Source: Burkholderiales bacterium
GTDB taxonomy: Bacteria > Pseudomonadota > Gammaproteobacteria > Burkholderiales > SG8-39
Assembly: GCA_035649175.1 (NCBI GenBank)
Contig: DASRKB010000084.1
Coordinates: 9,730 to 73,729 of the forward strand
DNA: 64,000 nt
Direction of reading: 5' to 3'
The notes under the pieces are model-generated. The model ran no database searches. It saw only the letters and a program-made list of their open reading frames with translations, and was not told the origin of the DNA. Of this stretch, positions 1 through 11,795 are shown one piece after another (position 1 is the stretch's first letter; every line of letters starts with the position of its first letter). The position numbers were made by a program, and so were the translations under genes.

Positions 1-323
1 TCGAAGCAGCGCACCACGTGAGCGATGGCGTCGGTCTCGCGGATGTTGGCGAGGAACTTGTTGCCGAGCCCCTCGCCTTTGGATGCGCCGGCGACCAGGC
101 CGGCGATGTCCACGAATTCGACGACCGCCGGCACGATCTTCTGTGGCCGAGCGATTCCCGCGATGACGCCGAGCCGCGGGTCGGGCACTTCGACGATGCC
201 GACGTTGGGCTCGATGGTGCAGAACGGATAGTTCTCGGCCGCGATGCCGGCCTTGGTGAGCGCGTTGAAGAGCGTCGACTTGCCTACGTTCGGCAGGCCG
301 ACGATGCCGCACTTCAAGCTCAT
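1..323 (-). CDS. ychF: Ribosome-binding ATPase YchF, N-terminal part (gene runs off the left edge of the window)
   Basis: Reverse translation from 323 reads [51 protein letters not shown]..., with a P-loop and the typical YchF N-terminus. Its ATG overlaps the pth stop (ATGA). Not listed as an ORF in the track. Confidence 0.9.
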   Translation of the reverse strand, partial: MSLKCGIVGLPNVGKSTLFNALTKAGIAAENYPFCTIEPNVGIVEVPDPRLGVIAGIARPQKIVPAVVEFVDIAGLVAGASKGEGLGNKFLANIRETDAIAHVVRCF

Positions 324-985
324 TTCTTGCCGAAGAGAGATTTCAGGATGCCGGCGGGCTTCTCTTCCTCTTTCGGATTGTCCATCGCTTTCTCGGCGGG
401 GGGTTTCGGTCCCTCGGCCTTCTTCTCCTCGGTATGCAGCCTGGTCATCGCGCCTTGCATGTCGCCCGCCAGGCACAGCGGGAGGATCTCGAGCGCCTTC
501 GCGATGGCGCTGTCGATGGCCGCGCGCTCCTCCGCCGGCGGCTTCTGCAGGACGTAATCGGCGCCCTCGCCTCCGCCCAGCGGCTTTCCCACGCCGATGC
601 GCAGGCGCCAGTAGTCGTGGCTCGCGAGCCGCTGCGAGATGTCCCGCAGGCCGTTGTGTCCGGCGATGCCGCCGCCCTGCTTCAGCTTCGCGGTGCCGGG
701 CGGGAAGTCGAGTTCGTCGTGCGCGACCAGGATCTCCTCGGGCTTGATCTTGAAGAAGCCGGCGAGCATCTGCACCGGCTGGCCGGAGAGATTCATGAAC
801 GACTGGGGCAGCAGGAACCAGGCGCCCGCGCCCTGGCGGCCGACAAGCGCCTTGAACTTGGGATCCTTGCGCAGCACTACGCCGTTCGCCGAGGCGAAGC
901 GCTCGACCAGCCAGAAGCCGGCGTTGTGGCGCGTGCGCTCGTACTCCTTGCCCGGGTTGCCCAGGCCCACCACCAGTCGGATCAC
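320..985 (-). CDS. pth: Peptidyl-tRNA hydrolase with a Lys/Glu-rich C-terminal tail
   Basis: [25 protein letters not shown]... is the canonical Pth N-terminus. Sits in the conserved ychF-pth-rplY-prs context. Confidence 0.95.
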   Translation of the reverse strand: MIRLVVGLGNPGKEYERTRHNAGFWLVERFASANGVVLRKDPKFKALVGRQGAGAWFLLPQSFMNLSGQPVQMLAGFFKIKPEEILVAHDELDFPPGTAKLKQGGGIAGHNGLRDISQRLASHDYWRLRIGVGKPLGGGEGADYVLQKPPAEERAAIDSAIAKALEILPLCLAGDMQGAMTRLHTEEKKAEGPKPPAEKAMDNPKEEEKPAGILKSLFGKK

Positions 986-991
986 GGCGGG

Positions 992-1720
992 TTACTTCTT
1001 CTCTTTCTTCTCGCCCTTGTCGGCAGCGGGCTTCTCGGCCTTGGCGGCACCCTCGGCCGGCGCTTCGCCCTCCTTCGGCGCGGCCTGCTCGGTGGTCGGC
1101 ACCTCCGACGGCGCGACCGCCGCGGCGGCGGCCGCCTCCTCTTCCTCGGTGATGACCTGCGGCACGACCACCGTGGCCACCACCGGGTTCTCCTCCTTCG
1201 AGAGCACCGCTTCGACGCCCTTGGGCAGCTTGAGGTCCCGCGCGTGCACCGAGTTGCCGACCGCGAGGCTGCCGAGGTCGACCTCGATGTACTCCGGCAG
1301 CTCGTCGGGGAAGCAGCTCACGTCGAGCTCGTTCAGCACGTGGTTCACCACGCCACCCTGCTCCTTCACGCCGGGAGACGTCTCGGCGTTCACGAAGTGC
1401 AGCGGCACTTTCATGTGGATTCTCCTGTCCTTGGAGACGCGCTGGAAGTCCACGTGCTGCACCTGGGCCTTGAACGGGTGCATGCTCACCGCGCGCAACA
1501 GTACCTGCTGCTTCGCGCCGGCCACCTCGAGCGTGAGGATGGAGGCATGGAACTTCTCGTTCCGCAGGTTGAGATACAGATCCTTGTGATCGAGCTCGAT
1601 GTTCACGGGGCCCTGCTCGCCGCCGTAGACGATCCCCGGCACGCGTCCCACTCGCCGCAGCCTGCGGCTCACGCCGGTTCCCTGGCCTTCGCGCTTACGC
1701 GCGCTGATTTCGATTGCCAT
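992..1720 (-). CDS. rplY: 50S ribosomal protein L25 / general stress protein Ctc (long form)
   Basis: [27 protein letters not shown]... plus an Ala/Glu/Lys-rich C-terminal tail typical of Ctc-type L25. Confidence 0.95.
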   Translation of the reverse strand: MAIEISARKREGQGTGVSRRLRRVGRVPGIVYGGEQGPVNIELDHKDLYLNLRNEKFHASILTLEVAGAKQQVLLRAVSMHPFKAQVQHVDFQRVSKDRRIHMKVPLHFVNAETSPGVKEQGGVVNHVLNELDVSCFPDELPEYIEVDLGSLAVGNSVHARDLKLPKGVEAVLSKEENPVVATVVVPQVITEEEEAAAAAAVAPSEVPTTEQAAPKEGEAPAEGAAKAEKPAADKGEKKEKK

Positions 1721-1740
1721 GCGCTTCTCCTGATGTTTGC

Positions 1741-2697
1741 CTATTCGATGAAAAGGGAGCTCACCGACTCCTCGGTGTAGATCCTCAGAATGGTCTCGGC
1801 GAGGAGGCCGGCGACCGAAAGCTGGCGGATGCGCGGGCAGCTGCGTGCGTCCTCCGCGAGCGGAATGGTGTCGGTGACGACCAGCTCATCCAGGTCGGAG
1901 CGCGCGATGCGCTCGACGGCACCCCCGGAGAGCACCGCGTGCGTGCAGTACGCCACCACCTTGACCGCGCCCTCCTTCTTCAGCACCTGGGCCGCCTTCA
2001 CGAGCGTACCCGCGGTGTCCACCATGTCGTCCATGATGACGCAGGTGCGGCCCTGCACCTCTCCGATTACGTTCATCACCTCGGCGACGTTCGCCTTCGG
2101 CCGGCGCTTGTCGATGATGGCGAGGTCGGACTCGAGGCGCTTGGCGAGCGCGCGGGCGCGCACCACGCCGCCCACGTCGGGCGACACGACGATCAGGTCC
2201 TCGTAGCGCTGCTTCCAAACGTCGCCGAGCAGCACCGGCGCGGCGTAGATGTTGTCGACCGGGATGTCGAAGAACCCCTGGATCTGGTCGGCGTGCAGGT
2301 CCATGGTGAGCACGCGCGCCACGCCCGCCGACTGCAGCATGTTGGCCACTACCTTGGCGCTGATCGCCACGCGCGCCGAGCGCGGCCTGCGGTCCTGCCG
2401 CGCATACCCGAAGTACGGGATCGCCGCCGTCACGCGCGCCGCGGAGGAGCGCTTCAGCGCATCGACCATCACCAGCAGCTCCATCAGGTTGTCGTTGGTG
2501 GGCGCACAAGTCGACTGCAGCAGGAACACGTCCTTGCCGCGCACGTTCTCGAGAAGCTCGACCATCACCTCGCCGTCGGAGAACTTGCCGACAATGGCGC
2601 GGCCGATGGATAGGTTCAGGTGCTTCGCCACTTCCTGCGCGAGGCGCGGGTTGGCGTTGCCCGTGAAGACCATCAGCCGGTCGAGCGGTGCGTTCAT
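1741..2697 (-). CDS. prs: Ribose-phosphate pyrophosphokinase
   Basis: [19 protein letters not shown]...[44 protein letters not shown]...[11 protein letters not shown]. The start may instead be the internal Met at 2673. Confidence 0.95.
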   Translation of the reverse strand: MNAPLDRLMVFTGNANPRLAQEVAKHLNLSIGRAIVGKFSDGEVMVELLENVRGKDVFLLQSTCAPTNDNLMELLVMVDALKRSSAARVTAAIPYFGYARQDRRPRSARVAISAKVVANMLQSAGVARVLTMDLHADQIQGFFDIPVDNIYAAPVLLGDVWKQRYEDLIVVSPDVGGVVRARALAKRLESDLAIIDKRRPKANVAEVMNVIGEVQGRTCVIMDDMVDTAGTLVKAAQVLKKEGAVKVVAYCTHAVLSGGAVERIARSDLDELVVTDTIPLAEDARSCPRIRQLSVAGLLAETILRIYTEESVSSLFIE

Positions 2698-2706
2698 GGT
2701 GTGGTG

Positions 2707-2783
2707 TGGCTGGGGAGGAAGGATTCGAACCCTCGTATGCCGGAATCAAAATCCGGTGCCTTAACCAGCTTGGCGACTCCCCA
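2707..2783 (-). tRNA. tRNA-Gln (anticodon UUG), CCA encoded
   Basis: The reverse complement reads TGGGGAGTCGCCAAGCTGGTTAAGGCACCGGATTTTGATTCCGGCATACGAGGGTTCGAATCCTTCCTCCCCAGCCA. Acceptor stem TGGGGAG/CTCCCCA, anticodon stem CCGGA/TCCGG with loop TTTTGAT, T-arm GGTTCGAATCC. Confidence 0.9.
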
Positions 2784-2821
2784 GTTGTGATTTCGGGCGG
2801 ATATCTTCGCCCTGCATTCCG

Positions 2822-3658
2822 TTAGTCTGTCCAGTCGTGGAGCGGGTGCCGGTCCAGCCCCTGCGTCACGAACCCGTCGATCTCCCCGTGGCGCTGCGCG
2901 AAGATCGCCTCGGCCTCCGCACGGGTTGCAAACTCGGCGAAAACGCATGAGCCCGAGCCAGTCATGCGCGCTAGTGGGCACCGTTGCCTCAGCCATGCGA
3001 GCCGCGCCCCAACTTCGGGGTAGCGCGAAACGACCGCGACTTCCAGATCGTTGCGCCCCTGCCCCGGGAAAAAGGGCGGTATTTTCAGTCGTTTCGATCG
3101 TTGTGTCAACGCGGAACTGAAAGTTTCCTTCGTGGAAACCGATACTTGCGGCACCAGGACGAGGTACCAGGCGGAGTCGAGCGCAAGGGGCGTCAGCTGC
3201 TCTCCCACCCCCTCGCCCAATGCGTTACGCCCGTAGAGAAAGAACGGCACGTCGGCCCCGAGCTGCGCGCCCAATGCCATGAGCGCCCTGCGCTTGAGAC
3301 CCGTCTCCCAGAGCCGATTTAGGACGACAAGGACGCTCGCCGCGTCCGAGGAGCCGCCGCCGAGCCCACCGCCGACGGGAAGCGTCTTCTTCAGAAGGAT
3401 CTCGGCGCCCGCTCGGGCGCCGGTCTCCCGCTGGAGCAGGCGCGCCGCGCGCACACAGAGATTGTCCTCGCCGAACGGGCCGGAGAACTCGATGGCCCCG
3501 TCCTCACGCACCGCAATGCCGATGCGGTCCGCGCGCTCGATGAGCCGGAACACGGTCTGCAGCTCGTGGTAGCCCGCATGTTCGCCTTCCTGCCTGCGGC
3601 CAAGCACATGCAGAAAGAGATTGAGCTTGCCGGGCGCGGGGTACCAGGTCACTTCCAC
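2822..3658 (-). CDS. ispE: 4-diphosphocytidyl-2-C-methyl-D-erythritol kinase
   Basis: WYPAPGKLNLFLHVLGRR...GYHELQTVF...LPVGGGLGGGSSDAA (GHMP kinase motif). Conserved position next to lolB. Confidence 0.93.
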   Translation of the reverse strand: MEVTWYPAPGKLNLFLHVLGRRQEGEHAGYHELQTVFRLIERADRIGIAVREDGAIEFSGPFGEDNLCVRAARLLQRETGARAGAEILLKKTLPVGGGLGGGSSDAASVLVVLNRLWETGLKRRALMALGAQLGADVPFFLYGRNALGEGVGEQLTPLALDSAWYLVLVPQVSVSTKETFSSALTQRSKRLKIPPFFPGQGRNDLEVAVVSRYPEVGARLAWLRQRCPLARMTGSGSCVFAEFATRAEAEAIFAQRHGEIDGFVTQGLDRHPLHDWTD

Positions 3659-4188
3659 TGCGTGATCGCCAAGCGCAGCTCGATCCCCGGGTAGTTGAGC
3701 TGCAGCAGCGCGGGGCGCTCGCCCTCGTAGCGCAGGTACTCGATGCGCCAGCCGCGCTGCTCGAGGCTGCGTACCCGGCCCTCTGCGGATTGCTCGATCT
3801 GGAATGCGTGCCCCCCTGAGGGACGTGCCCTCACCCAGTCGGCGAGACCGGACAGCGGCAGGCGGAAGCCGAGCACTTTCTCCGTGAGCGATTCCGCGTC
3901 CTCGGCGCGGTACTCCTCGCGCTGTGCGGTAGTGAGCACCACCTGGCCCTCCTCGCGCACGATGCGCGCGACGCCCTGCCCTAGCGGCGAGCTGATGAGG
4001 ACCTCGTCGCCGCCGCGCGCGTGCTGCCAGGAGAGATTTCCCGTGAACGACTCGCCGTTGTAGCGCGCGGCGAGCCTGCCGGCGATATCAAACTCGAGCG
4101 GCCCGGACGGCGCACGAGGCTCCAGCGAAGCGCAGGCCCCGACCACGAGCGCGGCGAGCGCCGCGGCGAGCCGCGCAAGACGGCTCAC
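3649..4188 (-). CDS. lolB: Outer-membrane lipoprotein insertion protein LolB
   Basis: GTG start at 4188 overlaps the upstream stop (GTGA). Lipobox in LAALVVGACAS, then a LolB-like body (FDIAGRLAARYNGESFTGNLSWQH...). The 407-aa track ORF is an upstream over-extension. Confidence 0.85.
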   Translation of the reverse strand: MSRLARLAAALAALVVGACASLEPRAPSGPLEFDIAGRLAARYNGESFTGNLSWQHARGGDEVLISSPLGQGVARIVREEGQVVLTTAQREEYRAEDAESLTEKVLGFRLPLSGLADWVRARPSGGHAFQIEQSAEGRVRSLEQRGWRIEYLRYEGERPALLQLNYPGIELRLAITQWK

Positions 4189-5894
4189 CGCCGCAGGCGT
4201 TGCAGGGTCTTGCGCAGGGTCTCGTTCTCGGGTGCCGCCTTGAGCGATTCCTGCCAGATGCGCTCCGCCTCCTGGCGCTCGCCGAGAAACCAGAGCACCT
4301 CGCCGAGGTGCGCCCCGATCTCGGCGTCGGGTCGCCCGGCATATGCGCGACGCAGAGTCTTCGCCGCTCCCTGAAGGTCGCCTTCCCGAAATTGCACCCA
4401 TCCCAGGCTGTCCAGGATGAAGTAGTCTTCGGGCGCGAGCTCGAGCGCCTTTTCGATCAGCTTTCTCGCCTCCGGCAGCCGCGTATTGCGGTCCGCGAGC
4501 GAATAGCCGAGCGCATTGTAGGCGTGGGCGTGGTCCGGTTTTGCCGCGATCAGCTTGCGCAGGTTCGACTCGAGCAGATCGAAGCGCTCGAGCTTCTCCG
4601 CCGTCAGGGCGACGTCGTACAGCAGCTCCGGCTGCTCCGGCTGCTTGGCGAGCGCCTCCTCGAGCATGTCGAACGCCTCGCGATGACGGCTGGCGTCGCG
4701 CAGCAATTGCGCTTCGGCAACCAGCAGCTGCACCTGGTCCTCGGGGTTGTCGGCGGCGACGCGCCTCAGGTAGCCGCGCGCCTCGTCGAGATTCCCCTGC
4801 TTGGCGATCGCGCCGGCGGCTCGCACGCGCGCCGACACCACATGATCGCCGTCCTGGATGCTTTCGTACCACTTGATCGCATCCGGCCAGTGCTTCTGCT
4901 CTTCGGCCACCTGGCCGAGCAGGTAGCGCACGCCGTTTCCGTCACGGTACCCCATGCCGAGGAGCCGCTTCATGTTCTCCTCCGCTACCGGGTAGTCCTT
5001 GAGCTGGAACGCGAGCAAGCCGACCGCGTAGATCACTTCGGCGTTGCCAGGGTTCGCCGTCAGCATCGCCTGGTACTGCTGGCGCGCCTCCTCGTAGCGC
5101 TTGTCGAGCACCAGCGCGCGCGCATAGTTCATGCGCGCCTCGCGTGACTGGGGATTGCGCTCCACGAACTCGCCTAGCCGGTTGGCCGCAGCGGCCGGCG
5201 AGCGCTTCTGAAGAACCTGCGCCTCGAAAAGCGCAGCTACCTCCCAGTCGGGCCGCAGCGCCGCCGCCTCGCGGATCGCGGCGAGCGCCGCGTCGTCCTC
5301 GTCGGCGATGTATGCCGCCTGCGCGACCGCGAAACGCGCCTCGGGCAGCGTGGGATAGCGCGCAGCGAGCTTGCGCACCACGCGCAGGTTGGACGCCTTG
5401 TCGGGGTTGCCGGCCAGCAATCGGTTGAGCTGCATAAAGCCGCTCTCGACGTTCACCCCCTCCGAGGACAGGAGCTTCTGCAGGTAGGGCTCGGCCTCGT
5501 CGACGCGCTTGGCGGCGACGAGCAGCGCCGCGACCACCTGCAGCGCCTGCGGCGAAGCCGGCTCGAGCGTGTACCAGGTCTTCGCCGCCTCTAGCGCGAG
5601 ATCCGGCTGTTGCGCCTGGTTCGCCACCTCGACTGCGCGCCGAGCGACGCGCGCGTCGCCGGTGCGGCGGGCGAGCTCGAGGTAGGTCTGCGCGGCGAGC
5701 TGCGCATCCCCGCGCTGGAGCGCGATCTCGCCGAGCAGGAACTCGTAGAGCATCGGCTCGCTGAGCTCGGCGGCGGCAGGCGGCTTCGCGGCTGACGGCT
5801 TCCCGGCCGGCGGCTTCACAACGGGCTGCCCGAGGCAGCCGGCAGGCAATACCAGCGTCGCGGCGAGCGCCAGCGTTAAGAGCTTCTGTGGCAT
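4185..5894 (-). CDS. TPR-repeat lipoprotein
   Basis: Start taken at MPQKLLTLALAATLVLPAGC (signal peptide with lipobox). Repeated A/L/Y-rich TPR-like helices throughout. A TPR protein upstream of lolB is a conserved context. Confidence 0.8.
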   Translation of the reverse strand: MPQKLLTLALAATLVLPAGCLGQPVVKPPAGKPSAAKPPAAAELSEPMLYEFLLGEIALQRGDAQLAAQTYLELARRTGDARVARRAVEVANQAQQPDLALEAAKTWYTLEPASPQALQVVAALLVAAKRVDEAEPYLQKLLSSEGVNVESGFMQLNRLLAGNPDKASNLRVVRKLAARYPTLPEARFAVAQAAYIADEDDAALAAIREAAALRPDWEVAALFEAQVLQKRSPAAAANRLGEFVERNPQSREARMNYARALVLDKRYEEARQQYQAMLTANPGNAEVIYAVGLLAFQLKDYPVAEENMKRLLGMGYRDGNGVRYLLGQVAEEQKHWPDAIKWYESIQDGDHVVSARVRAAGAIAKQGNLDEARGYLRRVAADNPEDQVQLLVAEAQLLRDASRHREAFDMLEEALAKQPEQPELLYDVALTAEKLERFDLLESNLRKLIAAKPDHAHAYNALGYSLADRNTRLPEARKLIEKALELAPEDYFILDSLGWVQFREGDLQGAAKTLRRAYAGRPDAEIGAHLGEVLWFLGERQEAERIWQESLKAAPENETLRKTLQRLRR

Positions 5895-5946
5895 CAGGGT
5901 TCGACCGATCTTAGGTATATTTGGTGCCCCGCACAAGCCGCATCCC

Positions 5947-7773
<1,827 letters not shown>

Positions 7774-7779
<6 letters not shown>

Positions 7780-8691
7780 CGATCGATGGTAGCAGCGCTT
7801 TCCTGGGCAGCGCGCCTGAAGGCAGGCCTCGCGCGCACGCGGGAGGTGCTCAACACGCCCGTCTCCGAGCTTTTTGCGCGCCCGCGCCTCGACGCGTCGG
7901 CCTACGAGGAGATCGAGAGCGCGCTGCTGCAGGCTGATTGCGGTGTCGAGGCGACGCAGTGGCTGATCGAATCCCTGCGCAGGCAGGCGCTTGCCGACGG
8001 TCCCGCGCTAAAGCGCGCGCTGAAGGATGCGGTCGCGGCGCTTCTCGCGCCGCTGCAGCGATCGCTCGACCTCGGCGTCGCCAAGCCGCTCGTCATCATG
8101 GTCGCCGGGGTGAACGGCTCCGGCAAGACCACCTCGATCGGCAAGCTCGCGAAGTGGCTCCAGGCTCAAGGTAAGACGGTGCTGCTCGCCGCGGGTGATA
8201 CCTTCCGTGCCGCGGCCCGCGAGCAACTCGTGGTGTGGGGCGAGCGCAATGGCATCCCGGTGATCGCCCAGGGCTCGGGCGACCCTGGCGCCGTCGTGTT
8301 CGACGCACTCGCTGCTGCGCGTGCGCGCGGCGTCGAGGCGGTGATCGCCGACACCGCCGGGCGCCTGCCCACGCAGCTCCATCTGATGGAGGAGATTCGC
8401 AAGGTGAAGCGGGTCGCGGGAAAAGCGCTCCCCGGCGCCCCGCATGAGGTGCTTCTCGTGCTGGATGCCACTACCGGGCAGAACGCGCTCGCCCAGGTGA
8501 AGGCCTTCGACGAGGCCCTCGGCCTTACCGGGCTCATCGTCACCAAGCTTGATGGCACAGCGAAAGGTGGCGTGCTGTGCGCAATCGCGCGCCGCAAGCC
8601 CATCCCGGTTCTCTTTGTCGGGGTGGGGGAAGGCATCGACGACTTGCGGCCGTTCATCGCGAGCGACTTCGCGGAGGCGCTGGTTGGTTAG
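7774..8691 (+). CDS. ftsY: Signal recognition particle receptor FtsY (short, no acidic A-domain)
   Basis: NG domain: VIMVAGVNGSGKTTSIGKLA...LLAAGDTFRAAA...DTAGRL...TKLDGTAKGG. The start is ATG 7774 or 7786. The 474-aa track ORF is over-extended. Confidence 0.9.
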
Positions 8692-9334
8692 CTTCTCGGG
8701 CGTCGCCAAGCGCTACCCCGGCGGGAAGGAGGCACTACGCGACGTGAGCTTCTCGGTCGCCGGCGGAGAGATCGTCTTCGTGACCGGCCGCTCCGGCGCC
8801 GGGAAATCGACCTTGCTCAAGCTGATTCCGGCCATCGAGCGACCCAGCGCCGGTACGGTGCTCGTGAGCGGGCAGAACATCGGCGCGCTCCGGCGCCCGG
8901 CGATTCCCTATCTGCGACGCAACCTGGGCCTGGTCTTCCAGGATCAGAAGCTGCTCTATGACCGTACCGTTTTTGACAACGTGATGCTGCCGCTCTCTTT
9001 CTCAGCCCATTTGCCGAAGGAGGCGGCGCGCCGCGCGCGCGCGGCGCTGGACAAGGTCGGCCTCCTGGAGCGCGAGAAGGCAAACCCCATCCAGCTCTCC
9101 GGGGGCGAGCAGCAACGCCTCGCCATTGCGCGCGCGGTGGTGAACCGGCCCTCGGTCCTCGTCGCAGACGAGCCAACCGCGAACCTGGACGCCGAATCGG
9201 CGGCGCGGGTGCTGGACATCTTCGTCGCCTTCAATCAGGTCGGCGTCACCGTCCTCATCGCCACGCACGATGCGGCGCTCGTCGAGCGCTACGGCGAGCG
9301 CGTCATCCACCTCGCTCAGGGCAGGGTCGCATGA
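8684..9334 (+). CDS. ftsE: Cell-division ABC transporter ATP-binding protein FtsE
   Basis: Walker A GRSGAGKSTLL, signature LSGGEQQRLAIARA, Walker B VLVADEPT. Probable TTG start at 8684, overlapping the end of ftsY. Confidence 0.9.
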   Translation: MVSFSGVAKRYPGGKEALRDVSFSVAGGEIVFVTGRSGAGKSTLLKLIPAIERPSAGTVLVSGQNIGALRRPAIPYLRRNLGLVFQDQKLLYDRTVFDNVMLPLSFSAHLPKEAARRARAALDKVGLLEREKANPIQLSGGEQQRLAIARAVVNRPSVLVADEPTANLDAESAARVLDIFVAFNQVGVTVLIATHDAALVERYGERVIHLAQGRVA

Positions 9335-10224
9335 GGGCGTGGCTGCGCCAGCACCGGCATGCGCTCGCGGCTGCGCTACGCCGCCTCTCGCGCGCGGCGG
9401 CGGTGCTGAGCGCGCTCGTCATCGGAGTAGCGCTGTCTCTCCCGGTGGGCAGCTACGCGCTGCTCGAAGGGCTGCGCGGCGTCACCGACCGGCTCGCGCC
9501 CGAGCCGCAAATCTCGCTTTTCCTGCCGCACGAGGCGAAGCGCGCGGATGCCGATCTCCTGGCCGCCCGGCTGCGGGCCGATCCGCGGATCTCGACGGTG
9601 CGGTTCGTCTCGCGCGAGCAGGCGCTCGAGGAGCTGCAGCAGGTCGAAGGCATCGCAGAGGTGGTGGGCGCGATTGGCCGCAATCCGCTGCCCGATACCT
9701 TGGTCGTAAGCGCGCAGGCCGAGCGCATCCCCGCGCTCGCGGCGGAGCTCGGCAAGCTCCCCGGCGTCGCCCGCGTGCAAGCGGACGCCGCCTGGGCGCA
9801 GCGTCTCGCGGCGCTGGAGGGCATCGGCCAAGTCGGCGTCACGCTGCTCGCGACTCTGCTCGGGGTGGCACTGGTCGCGGTGACCTTCAACACCATCCGC
9901 CTTCAGATTCTCACTCAACGCGACGAGATCGAAGTGTGCAAGCTCATCGGCGCCACCGACGCCTTCATTCGCCGACCGTTCTACTACTTCGGGCTCCTTC
10001 AGGGCCTGCTCGGCGGCGCCGTGGCGCTCGCCATCGTGGCCGGCGCGCTCAGCCTGCTCAATCGCGAAGTGCAACCGCTCGCCGAGTCGTACGGCTCGGC
10101 CTTCGCCTTTGCCGGACCCCGAGCCGGCGACGCGCTCGCGGTGGTGATGACGGCGGGCGTCCTCGGCTGGCTCGGAGCTCAGCTTTCGGTAAGTCGGCAC
10201 CTGCGCAACATCGAGCCGGTCTAA
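9331..10224 (+). CDS. ftsX: Cell-division permease-like protein FtsX
   Basis: ATGA overlap with ftsE. N-terminal TM segment, periplasmic domain and C-terminal TM helices (FYYFGLLQGLLGGAVALAIV...). ftsYEX context. Confidence 0.9.
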   Translation: MRAWLRQHRHALAAALRRLSRAAAVLSALVIGVALSLPVGSYALLEGLRGVTDRLAPEPQISLFLPHEAKRADADLLAARLRADPRISTVRFVSREQALEELQQVEGIAEVVGAIGRNPLPDTLVVSAQAERIPALAAELGKLPGVARVQADAAWAQRLAALEGIGQVGVTLLATLLGVALVAVTFNTIRLQILTQRDEIEVCKLIGATDAFIRRPFYYFGLLQGLLGGAVALAIVAGALSLLNREVQPLAESYGSAFAFAGPRAGDALAVVMTAGVLGWLGAQLSVSRHLRNIEPV

Positions 10225-10281
10225 GCTATTGATGTTGGTACACACTTACGTCTTAGGCCCTAAAGGAACTAACTTCCAAGA

Positions 10282-10311
10282 TTAGCACTCCAACTATCTG
10301 AGTGCTAGAAT
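10282..10311 (+). promoter_or_regulatory. Candidate sigma70 promoter of rpoH (TTAGCA-N18-TAGAAT), overlapped by an 8-bp inverted repeat
   Basis: TTAGCA at 10282-10287 and TAGAAT at 10306-10311, in the only AT-rich stretch of this region. TAGCACTC (10283-10290) and GAGTGCTA (10300-10307) are perfect reverse complements. Confidence 0.4.
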
Positions 10312-10334
10312 TTTTACCCAGTGGAGGAAAGCGA

Positions 10335-11201
10335 ATGACTCCTCAAGCGGTGATGCCCCTTGGTGCTATGCCGGTGCCAATGCCGACCGGCAGCCTTGAG
10401 TCCTACATCCAGACGGTTGGACGTTTCCCCATCCTCAGCCTCGAGGAAGAGCGCTCGCTCGCCCGGCGCTACCGGGACCAGGGCGATCTGAACGCCGCAC
10501 GCAGCTTGGTGCTCTCGCATCTGCGGCTCGTCGTCGCACTTGCCCGGGGCTACCTCGGCTACGGCCTGCCGCACGCGGACTTGATCCAGGAGGGCAACAT
10601 CGGGCTGATGAAGGCCGTCAAGCGTTTCGATCCGGAGCGCGGCGTGCGGCTTGTATCCTTTGCCATCCACTGGATCCGCGCCGAGATGCACGAGTACATC
10701 CTGCGCAACTGGCGGCTGGTGAAGGTCGCCACAACCAAGGCGCAGCGCAAGCTCTTCTTCAACCTGCGCTCGATGAAATCTGGCCTCGCGCCCATGTCCG
10801 GGAGCGAAGTCGAGCGCGTGGCGAGCGAGCTCAACGTCAAGCCCGAGGAAGTTGTCGAGATGGAGACCCGCCTCGCGGGGCAGGAGGTGGCGTTCGAAGG
10901 CGAGCGCGACGACGATCACGCCTTTGCGCCAGCCGACTACCTGGCCGACACGGCGGCGGAGCCCTACCGGGTGCTCGAGGCCAAAGAAGAGGAGCGCGAC
11001 AAAGTCCGGAATCTCGAGTCGGCGCTCGCGGTGCTCGACCCGCGCAGCCGCCGCATCATCCAGGCTCGCTGGCTGAAGGAAAAGAACGCCGCCACGCTCC
11101 ACGACCTCGCTGCGGAGTTCAAAATATCCGCGGAGCGCATCCGCCAGCTCGAGGCCAAGGCGCTGCAGAAGATGCGCCGGGCGCTCCCCGAGCCGCTTTA
11201 G
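10335..11201 (+). CDS. rpoH: RNA polymerase sigma-32 (heat-shock sigma factor)
   Basis: LVLSHLRLVVALARGY...DLIQEGNIGLMKAVKRFDPERGVRLVSFAIHWIRAEMHEYILRNWRLVKVATTKAQRKLFFNLR, which includes the RpoH box. ATG 10335 follows GGAGGA at 10323-10328. Confidence 0.93.
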   Translation: MTPQAVMPLGAMPVPMPTGSLESYIQTVGRFPILSLEEERSLARRYRDQGDLNAARSLVLSHLRLVVALARGYLGYGLPHADLIQEGNIGLMKAVKRFDPERGVRLVSFAIHWIRAEMHEYILRNWRLVKVATTKAQRKLFFNLRSMKSGLAPMSGSEVERVASELNVKPEEVVEMETRLAGQEVAFEGERDDDHAFAPADYLADTAAEPYRVLEAKEEERDKVRNLESALAVLDPRSRRIIQARWLKEKNAATLHDLAAEFKISAERIRQLEAKALQKMRRALPEPL

Positions 11202-11222
11202 GCGATCCCCCGGGAGCGGTTC

Positions 11223-11795
11223 CTAGCCGGAGCCCAGCAACGCCTTCAGGTCCGGCGCGAGATCCTGCGCCAAGCGCTCGTGCCGGACGAGCAGGCGCAG
11301 CCGTCCCTGCGGGTCTATGACGTAGGTCTGCGCGCTGTGGTCGACGGTGTACCCGTCACCCTGCTTTCGCTTTTCGTAGTAGATCTTGAACTCCTTCGCC
11401 GCGCGCTGCGTCGCCTCCGCGTCGCCGCGCAGCGCGAGGATGCGCGGGTCGAAAGCGGCCACGTAGTCGGCGAGCACCTGCGGGCTGTCACGCTCCGGAT
11501 CGACCGTGACGAAAAGCACCTGGACCCGATCGGCGTCCGTCCCAAGCTCTTTCAGGGCACCCGAGATCTGCGCAAGCGTGGTCGGGCATACATCGGGGCA
11601 CTGGGCGAAGCCGAAGAAAAGCACCACCGCCTTGCCGCGGAAATCCTCGAGCGTGCGACGCCGCCCCGTGTGATCCGTGAGCTCTAGCCGGCTCCCGTAC
11701 TCCACGCCCGTGATGTCGGTGCTCCTGAACCTCGGCTCCGCGCCGCAGGCAGCGACGAGAAGGCTACAGATGGTGATCGACCAGAAGCGCCGCAA
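11223..11795 (-). CDS. SCO1/SenC copper chaperone (lipoprotein)
   Basis: [15 protein letters not shown] (CxxxC copper site) plus a conserved His in [17 protein letters not shown] start at 11795 gives [17 protein letters not shown] (lipobox). ATG 11849 is an alternative. Confidence 0.8.
   Translation of the reverse strand: MRRFWSITICSLLVAACGAEPRFRSTDITGVEYGSRLELTDHTGRRRTLEDFRGKAVVLFFGFAQCPDVCPTTLAQISGALKELGTDADRVQVLFVTVDPERDSPQVLADYVAAFDPRILALRGDAEATQRAAKEFKIYYEKRKQGDGYTVDHSAQTYVIDPQGRLRLLVRHERLAQDLAPDLKALLGSG

Noticed and set aside
10302-10334. Track start (GTG 10302) for rpoH
   Set aside because: It would begin inside the putative -10 element and inverted repeat. ATG 10335 is preceded by GGAGGA at optimal spacing, and the extra 11 codons are AT-rich, unlike coding sequence here.
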